Origin: Mycobacteriales bacterium | GTDB lineage: Bacteria > Actinomycetota > Actinomycetes > Mycobacteriales > SCTD01 | Direction: 5' to 3' | Assembly (NCBI GenBank): GCA_046262175.1 | Contig: JBHENF010000071.1 | Span: 1-32,609 of the forward strand | DNA: 32,609 nt | Shown here: piece by piece, positions 8,185-16,448 of the stretch | How the letters are laid out: every line of letters begins with the position of its first letter | Position numbering within the stretch: position 1 is the stretch's first letter | Position numbers and translations under genes: made by a program | Notes under the pieces: generated by a model | The model's database searches: none | What the model was told of the DNA's origin: nothing | What the model saw: the letters and a program-made list of their open reading frames with translations, nothing else

Positions 8185-8960
8185 GAGCGCGCCACCACCG
8201 GGTTCGTCAGCGTGCCCAGGCCTTCGACCGACACCGATACCGAAGATCCCGCCGTGAGCGGCCCCACCCCCGCCGGCGTACCGGTCAGGATCACGTCGGC
8301 GGGCAGCAGCGTCATGAACGCGGTCACCCACTCGATGATCGCCGGAACGTCGTGCAGCAGCTGCGTGGTGCGGCCGTCCTGCCGCAGCTCACCGTCGACG
8401 GTGCACCTGACGGCAACGTCCGACGGCAGCTCGGTCTCCACCCAGGGCCCGAGCGGGCAGAACGTGTCGTGGCTCTTGCCGCGGGTCCACTGACCGTCGG
8501 CCTTCTGGTGGTCGCGCGCGGTCACGTCGTTGCCGCAGGTGTAGCCGAGCACGACGTCGTGCGCCCGCTCGCGCGGCACCTCGCGGCACAGCCGACCGAC
8601 GACGATCGCCAGCTCCGCCTCGTGGTCGACGCGCTCGCTGTTGCGGGGCAGCTGGATCGCGTCGCCCGGGCCGATCACGGACGTGGACGGCTTGAGGAAC
8701 ACCACCGGGCTCTGCGGCGCCGGTCCGCCCATCTCTGCCACGTGGTCGGCGTAGTTCTTGCCGATGCACACGACCTTGCTCGGGAGCACCGGCGCGAGCA
8801 GCTTCACCGACGACAGCGGCAGCTGCTCACCGGTCAGCTGCAGCGGCGCGAAGGGGTGCGCGGTGGCGACGCTGACGACGAGGTCCGCCGGGTCTTCGCC
8901 CGGCCCTTCCACGATGCCGAAGGCCACCTCACCGTTGTACGAGAACCGGGCGATGCGCAC
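8181..8960 (-). CDS. Fumarylacetoacetate hydrolase (FAH) family protein
   Basis: 259-aa ORF with FAH-fold features (KVVCIGKNYADH..., HEAELAIVVG, GNDVTARD, ILTGTPAGVG). The position directly upstream of gltX is as in other actinobacteria. Characterised relatives include oxaloacetate decarboxylases and isomerases. Specificity cannot be read from the sequence. Confidence 0.9.
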   Translation of the reverse strand: MRIARFSYNGEVAFGIVEGPGEDPADLVVSVATAHPFAPLQLTGEQLPLSSVKLLAPVLPSKVVCIGKNYADHVAEMGGPAPQSPVVFLKPSTSVIGPGDAIQLPRNSERVDHEAELAIVVGRLCREVPRERAHDVVLGYTCGNDVTARDHQKADGQWTRGKSHDTFCPLGPWVETELPSDVAVRCTVDGELRQDGRTTQLLHDVPAIIEWVTAFMTLLPADVILTGTPAGVGPLTAGSSVSVSVEGLGTLTNPVVARS

Positions 8961-8969
8961 CCGAGCAGG

Positions 8970-10538
8970 CTAGTCGCCCCGGTGCAGCAGCCCAGCGGTG
9001 TACGCGTCCTCCAGCGCCTGCCAGGACGCCGCGATGACGTTCTCGTGCACGCCGACGGTGCTCCACTCGGTCACGCCGTCGGAGGTCTCGACGAGCACCC
9101 GCGTGACGGCGTCCGTGCCGTGCTCGCCGCTGACGATGCGCACCTTGTAGTCGACCAGCTCCATCGACGCGAGGTACGGGTAGAGCCGCTCCAGCGCCGA
9201 GCGCAGGGCATTGTCCAGGGCGTTCACCGGTCCGTTGCCCTCTCCGGTCGCGACGATCCGCTCCCCGTTGGCGTGCAGCTTCACCGTCGCCTCCGACACC
9301 ACCTGACCGTCTGTCCGGCGCTCGACGATGACTCGCCACGACTCCAGGTCGAAGTACGACGGACGCGCTCCCATCTCCTCGCGCAGCAGCAGCTCGAAGC
9401 TCGCCTCGGCAGCCTCGAACGAGTAGCCCACAGACTCGAGCTCCTTCACGCGCTCGATGACGCGTCCGACCGCCTCGCGGTCCGGCTCCAGACCGATCGC
9501 CCTGCCCTTCAGCTCGATGGTCGCGCGTCCGGCGAGCTCGGAGACCAGCAGCCTCATGTCGTTCCCCACCACCGCGGGATCGGTGTGCTGGTACAGGTCC
9601 GGGTCGGCCTTGATGGCGCTGACGTGCAGCCCGGCCTTGTGCGCGAAGGCGCTGGTGCCCACCCACGGCTGGTGCGCGTCCGGCGCGATGTTCGCCACCT
9701 CGGCAACGGCGTGCGCGACCCGGCCCAGCTCCGCCAGCCGCCCCTCCGGCAGGACCTGACGGCCGAGCTTGTCCTCCAGCGCCGCCACGACGCTGAACAG
9801 GTCGGCGTTGCCGGACCGCTCGCCGTACCCGTTCGCCGTCCCCTGCACGTGCGTCGCCCCGGCCTCGATTGCGGCCAGCGAGTTCGCGACGGCGCAGGAC
9901 GTGTCGTTATGCGCGTGGATCCCGACCCGCATCCCCGTACCCACGACCTCGTGCACGATCTCCGCCAGCCGCGTCGGCAGCATCCCTCCGTTGGTGTCGC
10001 ACAGCGCCACCACGTCTGCACCGGCCTCTGCCGCGACCCGCAGGACCTCGAGCGCGTACGCCGCGTCGGCGACGTAGCCGTCGAAGAAGTGCTCGGCGTC
10101 CAGGAACACCCGCTGCCCCTCCGCCTTCAGGTGCGCGACCGAGTCGCGGACCATCGCGAGGTTCTCCTCCCGCGTCGTCCGCAGCGCGCGCTCGACGTGC
10201 CGCACGTCCGACTTCGCGACCAGCGTGACGACGGGGGCACCGGAGTTCCGCAGGTGCGCGAGGTCCTCCACCACGTCGCCGCCGGCTCGCCGAGTCGACC
10301 CGAACGCCGTCAGCTGCGCCGTCTTCAGCACCAGCTCGCTCTGCGCCCGGCGGAAGAACTCAGCGTCCTTCGGGTTCGCGCCCGGCCACCCGCCCTCGAT
10401 GAACCCCACACCGAGGTCGTCGAGGTGCCGCGCGATCGCGAGCTTGTCGTTGACGGACAGCGACATCCCCTCGCGCTGCGCGCCGTCGCGCAGCGTCGTG
10501 TCGTACACGTGGAACGCGTCCGTGGGAACGGGTGTCAT
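8970..10538 (-). CDS. cimA: (R)-citramalate synthase / 2-isopropylmalate-synthase-family protein (LeuA-related, CimA type)
   Basis: Start taken at ATG 10538 (MTPVPTDAFHVYDTTLRDGAQREGMSLS...). The track start GTG 10574 lies inside the upstream U-tract. HMGL-like motifs are present (GIHAHNDTSCAVANSLAAIEAGATHVQGTANGYGERSGNA), with a C-terminal LeuA-dimer/regulatory-like region. The ~520-aa length and N-terminus fit the citramalate-synthase subgroup rather than the actinobacterial LeuA found at 18582. Confidence 0.88.
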   Translation of the reverse strand: MTPVPTDAFHVYDTTLRDGAQREGMSLSVNDKLAIARHLDDLGVGFIEGGWPGANPKDAEFFRRAQSELVLKTAQLTAFGSTRRAGGDVVEDLAHLRNSGAPVVTLVAKSDVRHVERALRTTREENLAMVRDSVAHLKAEGQRVFLDAEHFFDGYVADAAYALEVLRVAAEAGADVVALCDTNGGMLPTRLAEIVHEVVGTGMRVGIHAHNDTSCAVANSLAAIEAGATHVQGTANGYGERSGNADLFSVVAALEDKLGRQVLPEGRLAELGRVAHAVAEVANIAPDAHQPWVGTSAFAHKAGLHVSAIKADPDLYQHTDPAVVGNDMRLLVSELAGRATIELKGRAIGLEPDREAVGRVIERVKELESVGYSFEAAEASFELLLREEMGARPSYFDLESWRVIVERRTDGQVVSEATVKLHANGERIVATGEGNGPVNALDNALRSALERLYPYLASMELVDYKVRIVSGEHGTDAVTRVLVETSDGVTEWSTVGVHENVIAASWQALEDAYTAGLLHRGD

Positions 10539-10568
10539 CGGGTCGTCGCTCTCATGTGGGGCCTTCTG

Positions 10569-10605
10569 AAGCACGAAACCCCCCAGTCCCGAAGGGCATG
10601 GAGGG
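10569..10605 (-). terminator. Hairpin + U-rich tract between the GGDEF/EAL gene and cimA (terminator or attenuator)
   Basis: RNA sense: CCCUCCA-ug-CCC-uuc-GGG-ac-UGGGGGG followed by UUUCGUGCUU. That is 7 bp + 3 bp with a 2x2 internal loop. An upstream UCCCCAG (10613-10619) can alternatively pair with the same G-run. Confidence 0.45.
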
Positions 10606-10628
10606 TTGCGCGCTGGGGACGTCGGACG

Positions 10629-10667
10629 TCAGTCAGCGCGCCGGCGAATGATGGCGTACGTGGGCAC
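10629..10667 (-). promoter_or_regulatory. Candidate Ile-rich leader peptide ORF upstream of cimA (V/M-P-T-Y-A-I-I-R-R-R-A-D-stop)
   Basis: GTG 10667-10665 ... ATC ATT (10652-10647) ... TGA (10631-10629). The tandem Ile codons include the AT-rich ATT, which stands out in this GC-rich DNA. It lies 17 nt after the preceding stop and ~25 nt upstream of the hairpin/U-tract at 10569-10605. I see no obvious SD. Confidence 0.35.
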
Positions 10668-10684
10668 GCGGGCGAGCGTACCGC

Positions 10685-12973
10685 TCAGACGAGCTCGACC
10701 CCGGCGGTCGCTGCCCGTGGCGACGGCACGACGATGCGACCACCGTCGCCCGCCAGCAGCGCCGGCACGTCCTGCGGCAGCAGCGGCCGGCCGAACAGGA
10801 ACCCCTGCCCGTACTGGCAGCCGAGTCCCTCGACGACGGCGAGCTGGCCCCGCGTCTCGATCCCCTCGGCGACCGTGCGCAGGCCGAGCCGGCTCAGCAG
10901 GCCGAGCACCGCGTCCGCGAGCGCCAGCGCAGCCGGGTCACGATCGACGCCCTCCAGCAGCCCGCGGTCGAGCTTCACGAAGTCGAACGGCAGCCGCTTG
11001 AGGTAGCGCAGCGAGGAGAAGCCCGCACCGAAGTCGTCCATCGCAAGCCGGATCCCGAGGTCGCGCAGCCGCTGCAGCACCGAGACCGTGTCGCGGTCAT
11101 CGTCGACGAGCACCGACTCGGTCAGCTCCAGCACCAGCCGCCGGGGCGGCAGGCCCGTGTCGGACAGGACCTGCGCGACCCGCTCCACAAGGTCGGGCAC
11201 GTGCAGCTGGACCGCCGACAGGTTGACGCTGACCGTCAGCCGGCGGTGCTCCGGATGGTCGGCGTGCCATCGGCGCAGCTGGGTGCACGCCTCGCGCATG
11301 ACCCACTCGCCTATGTCGTTGATGAGGCCGCTCTCCTCGGCCAGCGGGACGAACAGCAGCGGGCTCAGCTCACCGCGCGTCGGGTGGTTCCAGCGCAGCA
11401 GCGCCTCCAGGCCGACCACGCGCTGCGTCGGCACGTCCACGACCGGGTGGTACCGCAGGGAGAGCTCATCGTCCGCCAGCGCGGTCCGCAGGTCCTCGGC
11501 CAGCTCGGCGCGCTCCAGCACCGCCACGCGCATCGGGGGCTCGAAGACCTGGAATCGGCCCTTGCCGCCGGCCTTGGCGGCGTACATCGCGATGTCCGCG
11601 TCGCGCAGGGCGGTATCGGGTCCGGTCGCGCGCGGGTGCGCGATGCCGATGCTGCAGCCGAGCGTCACCTCCCGCTCGCCCAACGAGAACGGGTCGCTGA
11701 GGACCCGCAGCAGCCGCTTCGCGAGCGGCTCCACCCGGTCTTCGCCGTCCGCCACCAGGACGACGAACTCGTCTCCGCCGAGCCGCACGACGAGGTCGTT
11801 GGGCCGGCAGCTGCGACGGATCCGCTGGCCGACCTGCTGCAGCACGGCGTCGCCGGCCGCGTGGCCGAGCGTGTCGTTGACGCCCTTGAACCCGTCCAGG
11901 TCGAGCAGCAGCAGCGCCGCCGGCACGCGCGCGTCCGACTCCAGCCGCTCGCGCAACGCGCCGCGGTTGGCGAGCCCGGTCAAGGGGTCGGTGTAGGCAG
12001 CCGTGCGCAGCTCCTGCTCGAGCAGGGCGCGCTCGGTGACGTCGACCATCGCGCCGATGTAGCCGAAAGCAGTTCCGTCCGGGTGGCGCAGCACCGCGCT
12101 GGACATCTCGACCTCGACGTCCGTGCCGTCCTTGCGCGCGCGCCGGGTGATCGCGCGGTGCACGACCTCGCCGCGGCTGAGCTCCGCCATGCGCTCCGCG
12201 TAACCCTCGGCGTCGACGGTCGGGTTGAGCCGGCCGAGGACCTCGTCAGCCGTCCAGCCGAACATCTCCTCCGCGGCCGGGTTCCACAGCCGCACCTGCC
12301 CCTGCAGGTCGAGCTCGAGGATGGCCACGGGCGCCTCGGTCACAAGCGCGGTGAGCCGGCCCACGATCCGCTCGCGGTCGGCATCGCGGGTAACGAGCGC
12401 CGTGTGCAGCGAGGCGTTCTCGATGGCGACGCTCGCCTGCGCGGCGTACATCTCGAGCAGCTGGAGCTGCTCGGCTCCCGGCCGACGGCCGTCGCGCGGC
12501 AGGTCGACGCTGATCGTGCCGACCAGGCCGGAGCGGGACGTCGTGAGCGGCGCGATCAGAGCGTCCAGCGGGTGCCAGGCGTCCTCGTCAGCGCTGACGG
12601 GCCGGTCAGGGACCCAGGTGGGAACGGCCGCGTCGTCGTGGGACTGCCGGCGGTAGTCGACGAGGACGTCGCCCGCCGGGGTGCACTCGCGGAGCCACCG
12701 GTCCCACTCCTCGCGGCTGCCCCGACCGCCCATGAGGGTGTCGCGTGCCTCGTCCGAGCCGGCGACCGCCACCACCTCGAGGTCTCCGTCCGGCATCACC
12801 AGGTTGACGACGGCCACCTCGAAGCCGAGGCCGTCCACGACACCGCGGGCGACGGCGTCCAAGGTGCGCTCGAGGTCGAGGTCGCCGTTGATGCCGCGCA
12901 CGAGGGTGTGCAGCCGTCGCAGGGAGGCCTCGCGCGCAGCGGTCAGCGCGATATCACCCCCGGGACCGGTCAC
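10685..12973 (-). CDS. GAF-PAS-GGDEF-EAL signalling protein (c-di-GMP synthase/phosphodiesterase)
   Basis: Start taken as GTG 12973 (VTGPGGDIALTAAREASL...), which avoids overlap with the upstream gene. Features: N-terminal GAF-like region; PAS (VRLWNPAAEEMFGWTADEVLGR); intact GGDEF (RLGGDEFVV) with an RxxD I-site (RPND) 5 residues upstream; EAL motifs intact (EALLRW, DDFGAGFSSL, EGIE, QGF). Confidence 0.9.
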   Translation of the reverse strand: MTGPGGDIALTAAREASLRRLHTLVRGINGDLDLERTLDAVARGVVDGLGFEVAVVNLVMPDGDLEVVAVAGSDEARDTLMGGRGSREEWDRWLRECTPAGDVLVDYRRQSHDDAAVPTWVPDRPVSADEDAWHPLDALIAPLTTSRSGLVGTISVDLPRDGRRPGAEQLQLLEMYAAQASVAIENASLHTALVTRDADRERIVGRLTALVTEAPVAILELDLQGQVRLWNPAAEEMFGWTADEVLGRLNPTVDAEGYAERMAELSRGEVVHRAITRRARKDGTDVEVEMSSAVLRHPDGTAFGYIGAMVDVTERALLEQELRTAAYTDPLTGLANRGALRERLESDARVPAALLLLDLDGFKGVNDTLGHAAGDAVLQQVGQRIRRSCRPNDLVVRLGGDEFVVLVADGEDRVEPLAKRLLRVLSDPFSLGEREVTLGCSIGIAHPRATGPDTALRDADIAMYAAKAGGKGRFQVFEPPMRVAVLERAELAEDLRTALADDELSLRYHPVVDVPTQRVVGLEALLRWNHPTRGELSPLLFVPLAEESGLINDIGEWVMREACTQLRRWHADHPEHRRLTVSVNLSAVQLHVPDLVERVAQVLSDTGLPPRRLVLELTESVLVDDDRDTVSVLQRLRDLGIRLAMDDFGAGFSSLRYLKRLPFDFVKLDRGLLEGVDRDPAALALADAVLGLLSRLGLRTVAEGIETRGQLAVVEGLGCQYGQGFLFGRPLLPQDVPALLAGDGGRIVVPSPRAATAGVELV

Positions 12974-13010
12974 ACGTCGTGCATCGGCAGGTATGGCCCG
13001 AAGGTGAACG

Positions 13011-14243
13011 TCATCCCTGGTCCCGCACCCACGCGGCGATGAGCCCCCGGTAGTGCGCAACGAACTGCTCGTGCTCGTGCGGCGGGAAGGTCGCGCGCAC
13101 GGTCTCGACGAGCAGCCGGTCGAAGTCGGTCGAGGCGAAGTAGTCGACGGCGATCCGGTCGAAGTCGGCGAGCTGCGTACGGCAGAACTCGTCGTACTGA
13201 TCCTGCTGGAAGTACTCGTCGGCGAGCCGCCGGTAGGCGACGAGCTTGTCCTCGTAGGAGCCCGGCGCGTCCGCCACGTCGTACCAGCGGCGCATATCGA
13301 GGTCGATGCGCGGGCGTCGGCCGGTCGCGGTGCAGAACAGCGACCACTTCACCAGGGCCTTCATCGCCCACGGGAAGTAGTAGTGCAGCGACGTGATCGC
13401 GACGTCGGGGCAGGCGTTGGCGTAGTCGATCGGGCAGACCTGCCCGTCGCGCACGAGCGTCTCGCAGGAGTTGAACTCCCACGTGAAGAACGCGTTCACG
13501 ATCTTGCCGATCGTGACGACCTCGTCCCCGACCTCCGGCTCGAGGAAGGCGTGGTCGACGCTGTAGCGGTCGTGCATCGGCCGGTCCGGCGCGAACTTCA
13601 TCACCATCGTCTCGGCACCGATCGAGAGCGACCGCGCGAAGACGTCGAAGCCTTCGACACTGGCCTGCAGGTGCATCAGCCGCTGGCCGCTCTCGTCGTA
13701 CGCCTGCCGCAGCTCGGCGGAGTCGCGGATCCGGGTGACGCCGACCCAGGCGCCGCCGTCGTACGGCTTCATGTACAGCGGGTAGCCGACCTGCTCGGCC
13801 ACCTCCGCGATGTCGAACTGCTGGTTGTACTTCGCCGCGGTGTACGGGAACCGCGGGTTGTCCGGCGGCTGCTTGTGCGGCACGAGCCAGGTCTCGGGCA
13901 CCTTGAGCCCCAGCCGGATCATCGCGCAGTACGCCGCGTGCTTCTCCATCGACTGGAACGTGAACGGGTTGTTGAGCAGGTACGTGTCGTCCATCAGGGC
14001 GACCTTCTTCAGCCACTCGCGCGGCACGTAGTACCAGTAGGCGAGGCGGTCGACGACGAGGTCGTAGCGGCTCGCCTGCCGCAGGTCGAACGGCTCGATC
14101 GTGATCCGCTCGACGTCGTAGCGGTGCGTCTGCCCGCCGACCTGCAGCGCCGGGTCGTAGCGACGGACGAGCTGCTCGAAGGCGCCGGGCCAGTCCTCCT
14201 CGGTGCCGAGGAGCAGGCCCAGCAGGTGGCGGGTGTCGCTCAT
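13011..14243 (-). CDS. ATP-grasp-fold ligase-like protein, uncharacterised (RimK/glutathione-synthetase-like)
   Basis: 410-aa ORF with no signal peptide. The central region looks like an ATP-grasp (GLKVPETWLV..., VGYPLYMKPYDGGAWVGVTRIRDSAELRQAY, ...CETLVRDGQVCPIDYANACPD). The ~100-aa C-terminal helical extension is unassigned. Coding is confident; the family call is by eye. Confidence 0.8.
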   Translation of the reverse strand: MSDTRHLLGLLLGTEEDWPGAFEQLVRRYDPALQVGGQTHRYDVERITIEPFDLRQASRYDLVVDRLAYWYYVPREWLKKVALMDDTYLLNNPFTFQSMEKHAAYCAMIRLGLKVPETWLVPHKQPPDNPRFPYTAAKYNQQFDIAEVAEQVGYPLYMKPYDGGAWVGVTRIRDSAELRQAYDESGQRLMHLQASVEGFDVFARSLSIGAETMVMKFAPDRPMHDRYSVDHAFLEPEVGDEVVTIGKIVNAFFTWEFNSCETLVRDGQVCPIDYANACPDVAITSLHYYFPWAMKALVKWSLFCTATGRRPRIDLDMRRWYDVADAPGSYEDKLVAYRRLADEYFQQDQYDEFCRTQLADFDRIAVDYFASTDFDRLLVETVRATFPPHEHEQFVAHYRGLIAAWVRDQG

Positions 14244-14255
14244 GCGGGAACCCTC

Positions 14256-14996
14256 TCAGACGAAGCGGGGCAGGTGGTACGAGATCTGCGCGCGCCAGGA
14301 CGGCCAGTCGTGCGGCACGTCGTAGCCCCAGATGTCGGTCTCGACGCGCAGCCCCTTCGACCCGCACAGGTCGCTGAAGTCCAGCGTGCTCTGCAGCGCC
14401 CCCGTCGTGTCCTCCCACATCCCCTGCCCGGCGACGAGCAGCAGGGACAGCCGGGTCTGCAGCCACTCCAAGTGGTCGCCGCCGAGCCCGCTGACCGACG
14501 ACATCGGGTTGTTGAACCAGAAGGAGTCGCCCTGGTGTCCCCAGCCGAGGACCTGCAGGTCGTAGACGCCGGACAGACCGATCGCCAGCGGGAACAGGTC
14601 TGCGTGCCGCAGCGCGGCGTTGACGGCGTGGTAGGCCCCGAAGCTGCAGCCGGTGAGGACCATCTCCTGGCGGCCGCCGCAGTCCGCGTCGACGTACGGG
14701 ACGACGCCGTCGACGACCCACCGCTCGTACGCCTCGTGCCGCTGCGCGCGCTCCTCGAGCGGCAGGTCGTGCCGGTACCAGGACCCGCCGTCCCACGAGT
14801 CCAGGCAGTACAGCTTCAGGCGGCCCTCGTCCACCAGCGGTCGCAGCGCGTCGACCATGCCGTTGTTCTCGTAGTCCTCCGCGCGACCCTCGCTGCTCGG
14901 GAAGACGAGCACCGGCCGGCCGTGCGAGCCGTACGCGATCACGCGCGGCGACCAGCCGAGCTCCGGCGACCACAGCTCGGTGACGTCCCGCCTCAC
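14256..14996 (-). CDS. Esterase-family alpha/beta hydrolase (PF00756-like), cytoplasmic
   Basis: 246 aa. The GTG start overlaps the upstream stop (GTGA at 14993-14996). The nucleophile elbow G-C-S-F-G sits in LTGCSFGAYHAVNAAL. No signal peptide. It ends 12 nt before the ATP-grasp gene. Confidence 0.85.
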   Translation of the reverse strand: MRRDVTELWSPELGWSPRVIAYGSHGRPVLVFPSSEGRAEDYENNGMVDALRPLVDEGRLKLYCLDSWDGGSWYRHDLPLEERAQRHEAYERWVVDGVVPYVDADCGGRQEMVLTGCSFGAYHAVNAALRHADLFPLAIGLSGVYDLQVLGWGHQGDSFWFNNPMSSVSGLGGDHLEWLQTRLSLLLVAGQGMWEDTTGALQSTLDFSDLCGSKGLRVETDIWGYDVPHDWPSWRAQISYHLPRFV

Positions 14997-16015
14997 TGCA
15001 GGACCCGCCGGACGAGGTCCACGAGGTTGGGGTCGAACGTGTCGCGCCAGCCGGTATAGGTGTGCACGTCGCGGTTCTCGACCAGGCGCGTGTCATAGCC
15101 CTGCGCGCCCAGGGCGCGGGTCATGAGCCGGTTGTTCTCGACGTTCTCCTCGATCAGGCCGCAGGTCAGGACGACGGGAACCGGGTCGACGGCCGGGCCG
15201 GCGCGCAGCACGCTGTCGACGAACGCCGTGATGCGCTGGAAGCGCTCGAACCCGCTCTCCTGCTCGTCGAGCACGCGATGGAAGAAGCTGCTGCTCTGCA
15301 GGTACAGCCCGGCGAACGTGCCCGGGTGGTGGCGCTGCGCGTGCAGCATCGCGAGGCCGCCGAGGCTCGCGCCCATGCCCATCGTCACGGTCGCCGGAGC
15401 CACCTCGTGCAGCTTGGGCACGACGCCCAGCGCCAGCGCGCGGGAGTACGGCGCGGACGCGGAGTAGGTGGAGTTGCGGTCCACCGGCGCGAGGAGGGCG
15501 GCGCGCATCGCCGGCAGCCGGCCGACCGCGACCATCGCGTCGAGGAACAGCGTCAGCGAGGCCAGCGCGTCGTACTCCGGACCGTCGTGCACGACGAGCA
15601 GCGGCAGCGGCTCGGACGGGGCACTGTCGACGGACGACCACAGGACGCCGGGCACCTCCTGGTCCAGCGCGCGGGTCGGCAGCGACAGCTCCTGCCGCTC
15701 CCCGCGCGCCGGCTCGGCCTGCAGCCACTCCGGCACGCAGTAGCCCGGCAGCTCCAGCACCGACTTGTCGCCGAACGCGCCGCCGACCCGGTTCGGGTTG
15801 ACGGGGTCGCAGACCCACTCGCTGCCGTCGGCGTGCTGGAGCTCGAAGGAGTACTCCATCCGGTCGACGTCCGGGCGCGGCACGGTCAGCACCCAGTCGT
15901 CGCCGTCACGGGTGAAGCCGAGGGCGTCGCCCGGCAGCCGCACGTCCTGCTGCAGGCGCACCCCGCTGTACGTCCGGTGCGGGTCGGGCATGCGGAAGGT
16001 CACGGTCTCGGTCAT
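14993..16015 (-). CDS. Esterase-family alpha/beta hydrolase with N-terminal beta-sandwich (E-set/CBM48-like) domain, enterochelin-esterase-like architecture
   Basis: True start ATG 16015 (MTETVTFRMPDPHRTYSGVRLQQD...; 340 aa). The first ~95 aa look like the Ig-like N-domain seen in Fes-type esterases. Then come LLVVHDGPEY and the nucleophile elbow G-A-S-L-G (GMGASLGGLAML). No signal peptide. The 97-aa upstream extension in the track is an artefact overlapping the CBS gene. Confidence 0.85.
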   Translation of the reverse strand: MTETVTFRMPDPHRTYSGVRLQQDVRLPGDALGFTRDGDDWVLTVPRPDVDRMEYSFELQHADGSEWVCDPVNPNRVGGAFGDKSVLELPGYCVPEWLQAEPARGERQELSLPTRALDQEVPGVLWSSVDSAPSEPLPLLVVHDGPEYDALASLTLFLDAMVAVGRLPAMRAALLAPVDRNSTYSASAPYSRALALGVVPKLHEVAPATVTMGMGASLGGLAMLHAQRHHPGTFAGLYLQSSSFFHRVLDEQESGFERFQRITAFVDSVLRAGPAVDPVPVVLTCGLIEENVENNRLMTRALGAQGYDTRLVENRDVHTYTGWRDTFDPNLVDLVRRVLQ

Positions 16016-16028
16016 CGCGCCGGGAACC

Positions 16029-16421
16029 CTACGTGGCGGGCGGTCCGCCCCGCTCGGTCCAGGCCCGCAGCACGTCGCGCACCGAGAGCACGCCGACCAC
16101 CTCCTGGTCGTCGCAGACGACGAGGTGCCGGAACCCGCCGGACAGCATCGTCTGCGCCGCTCGCAGGAGGTCCCAGTCGGGAGACGCGACGACGGCGTCG
16201 GGGGTGAGGTGTGCGGACGCCGGCTCGGTGTCCGGATCCTGACCCTGCGCGACCGCCTCCAGGACGTCGCGCTCTGTGAGGATGCCGGGACCGTCGGAGT
16301 CGGCATCGAGGACGACGGCCGCGCCGACCTTGCGCGCGGCCATCGTCTGCGCCACCTGGCGAACCGTGTGGGTGGGGCCGACCTGCACGACGGTCGGGCT
16401 CATGACGTCCCGGACGAGCAC
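16029..16421 (-). CDS. Stand-alone CBS-domain pair protein
   Basis: 130 aa. GTG start with AGGAGG 5 nt upstream. Two CBS motifs are present (VMSPTVVQVGPTHTVRQVAQTMAARKVGAAVVLD...GILTERDVL; ...AAQTMLSGGFRHLVVCDDQEVVGVLSVRDVL). Confidence 0.85.
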   Translation of the reverse strand: MLVRDVMSPTVVQVGPTHTVRQVAQTMAARKVGAAVVLDADSDGPGILTERDVLEAVAQGQDPDTEPASAHLTPDAVVASPDWDLLRAAQTMLSGGFRHLVVCDDQEVVGVLSVRDVLRAWTERGGPPAT

Positions 16422-16448
16422 TGGCGCCTCCTGGCTGGGCTGTCGAAC

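Noticed and set aside
10621-10634. Tandem GACGTC palindromes (GACGTCCGACGTC in RNA sense) after the cimA leader ORF, considered as an RNA hairpin
   Set aside because: The two self-complementary hexamers are separated by a single nucleotide, so they cannot form a hairpin with each other. They may contribute to alternative folds, but I could not assign them a role.
8352-11006. 884-aa plus-strand ORF, and similar giants: 13053..15059 (+), 15765..17717 (+), 18639..20351 (+), 27802..30327 (+), 12970..15096 (-), 16012..17556 (-)
   Set aside because: Each lies antisense or in an alternate frame to genes with unmistakable homology (cimA, GGDEF/EAL, ATP-grasp, esterases, ilvE, leuA, ilvBN). Their translations are low-complexity R/A/G/P/V-rich strings, typical of stop-codon-poor frames in very GC-rich DNA.
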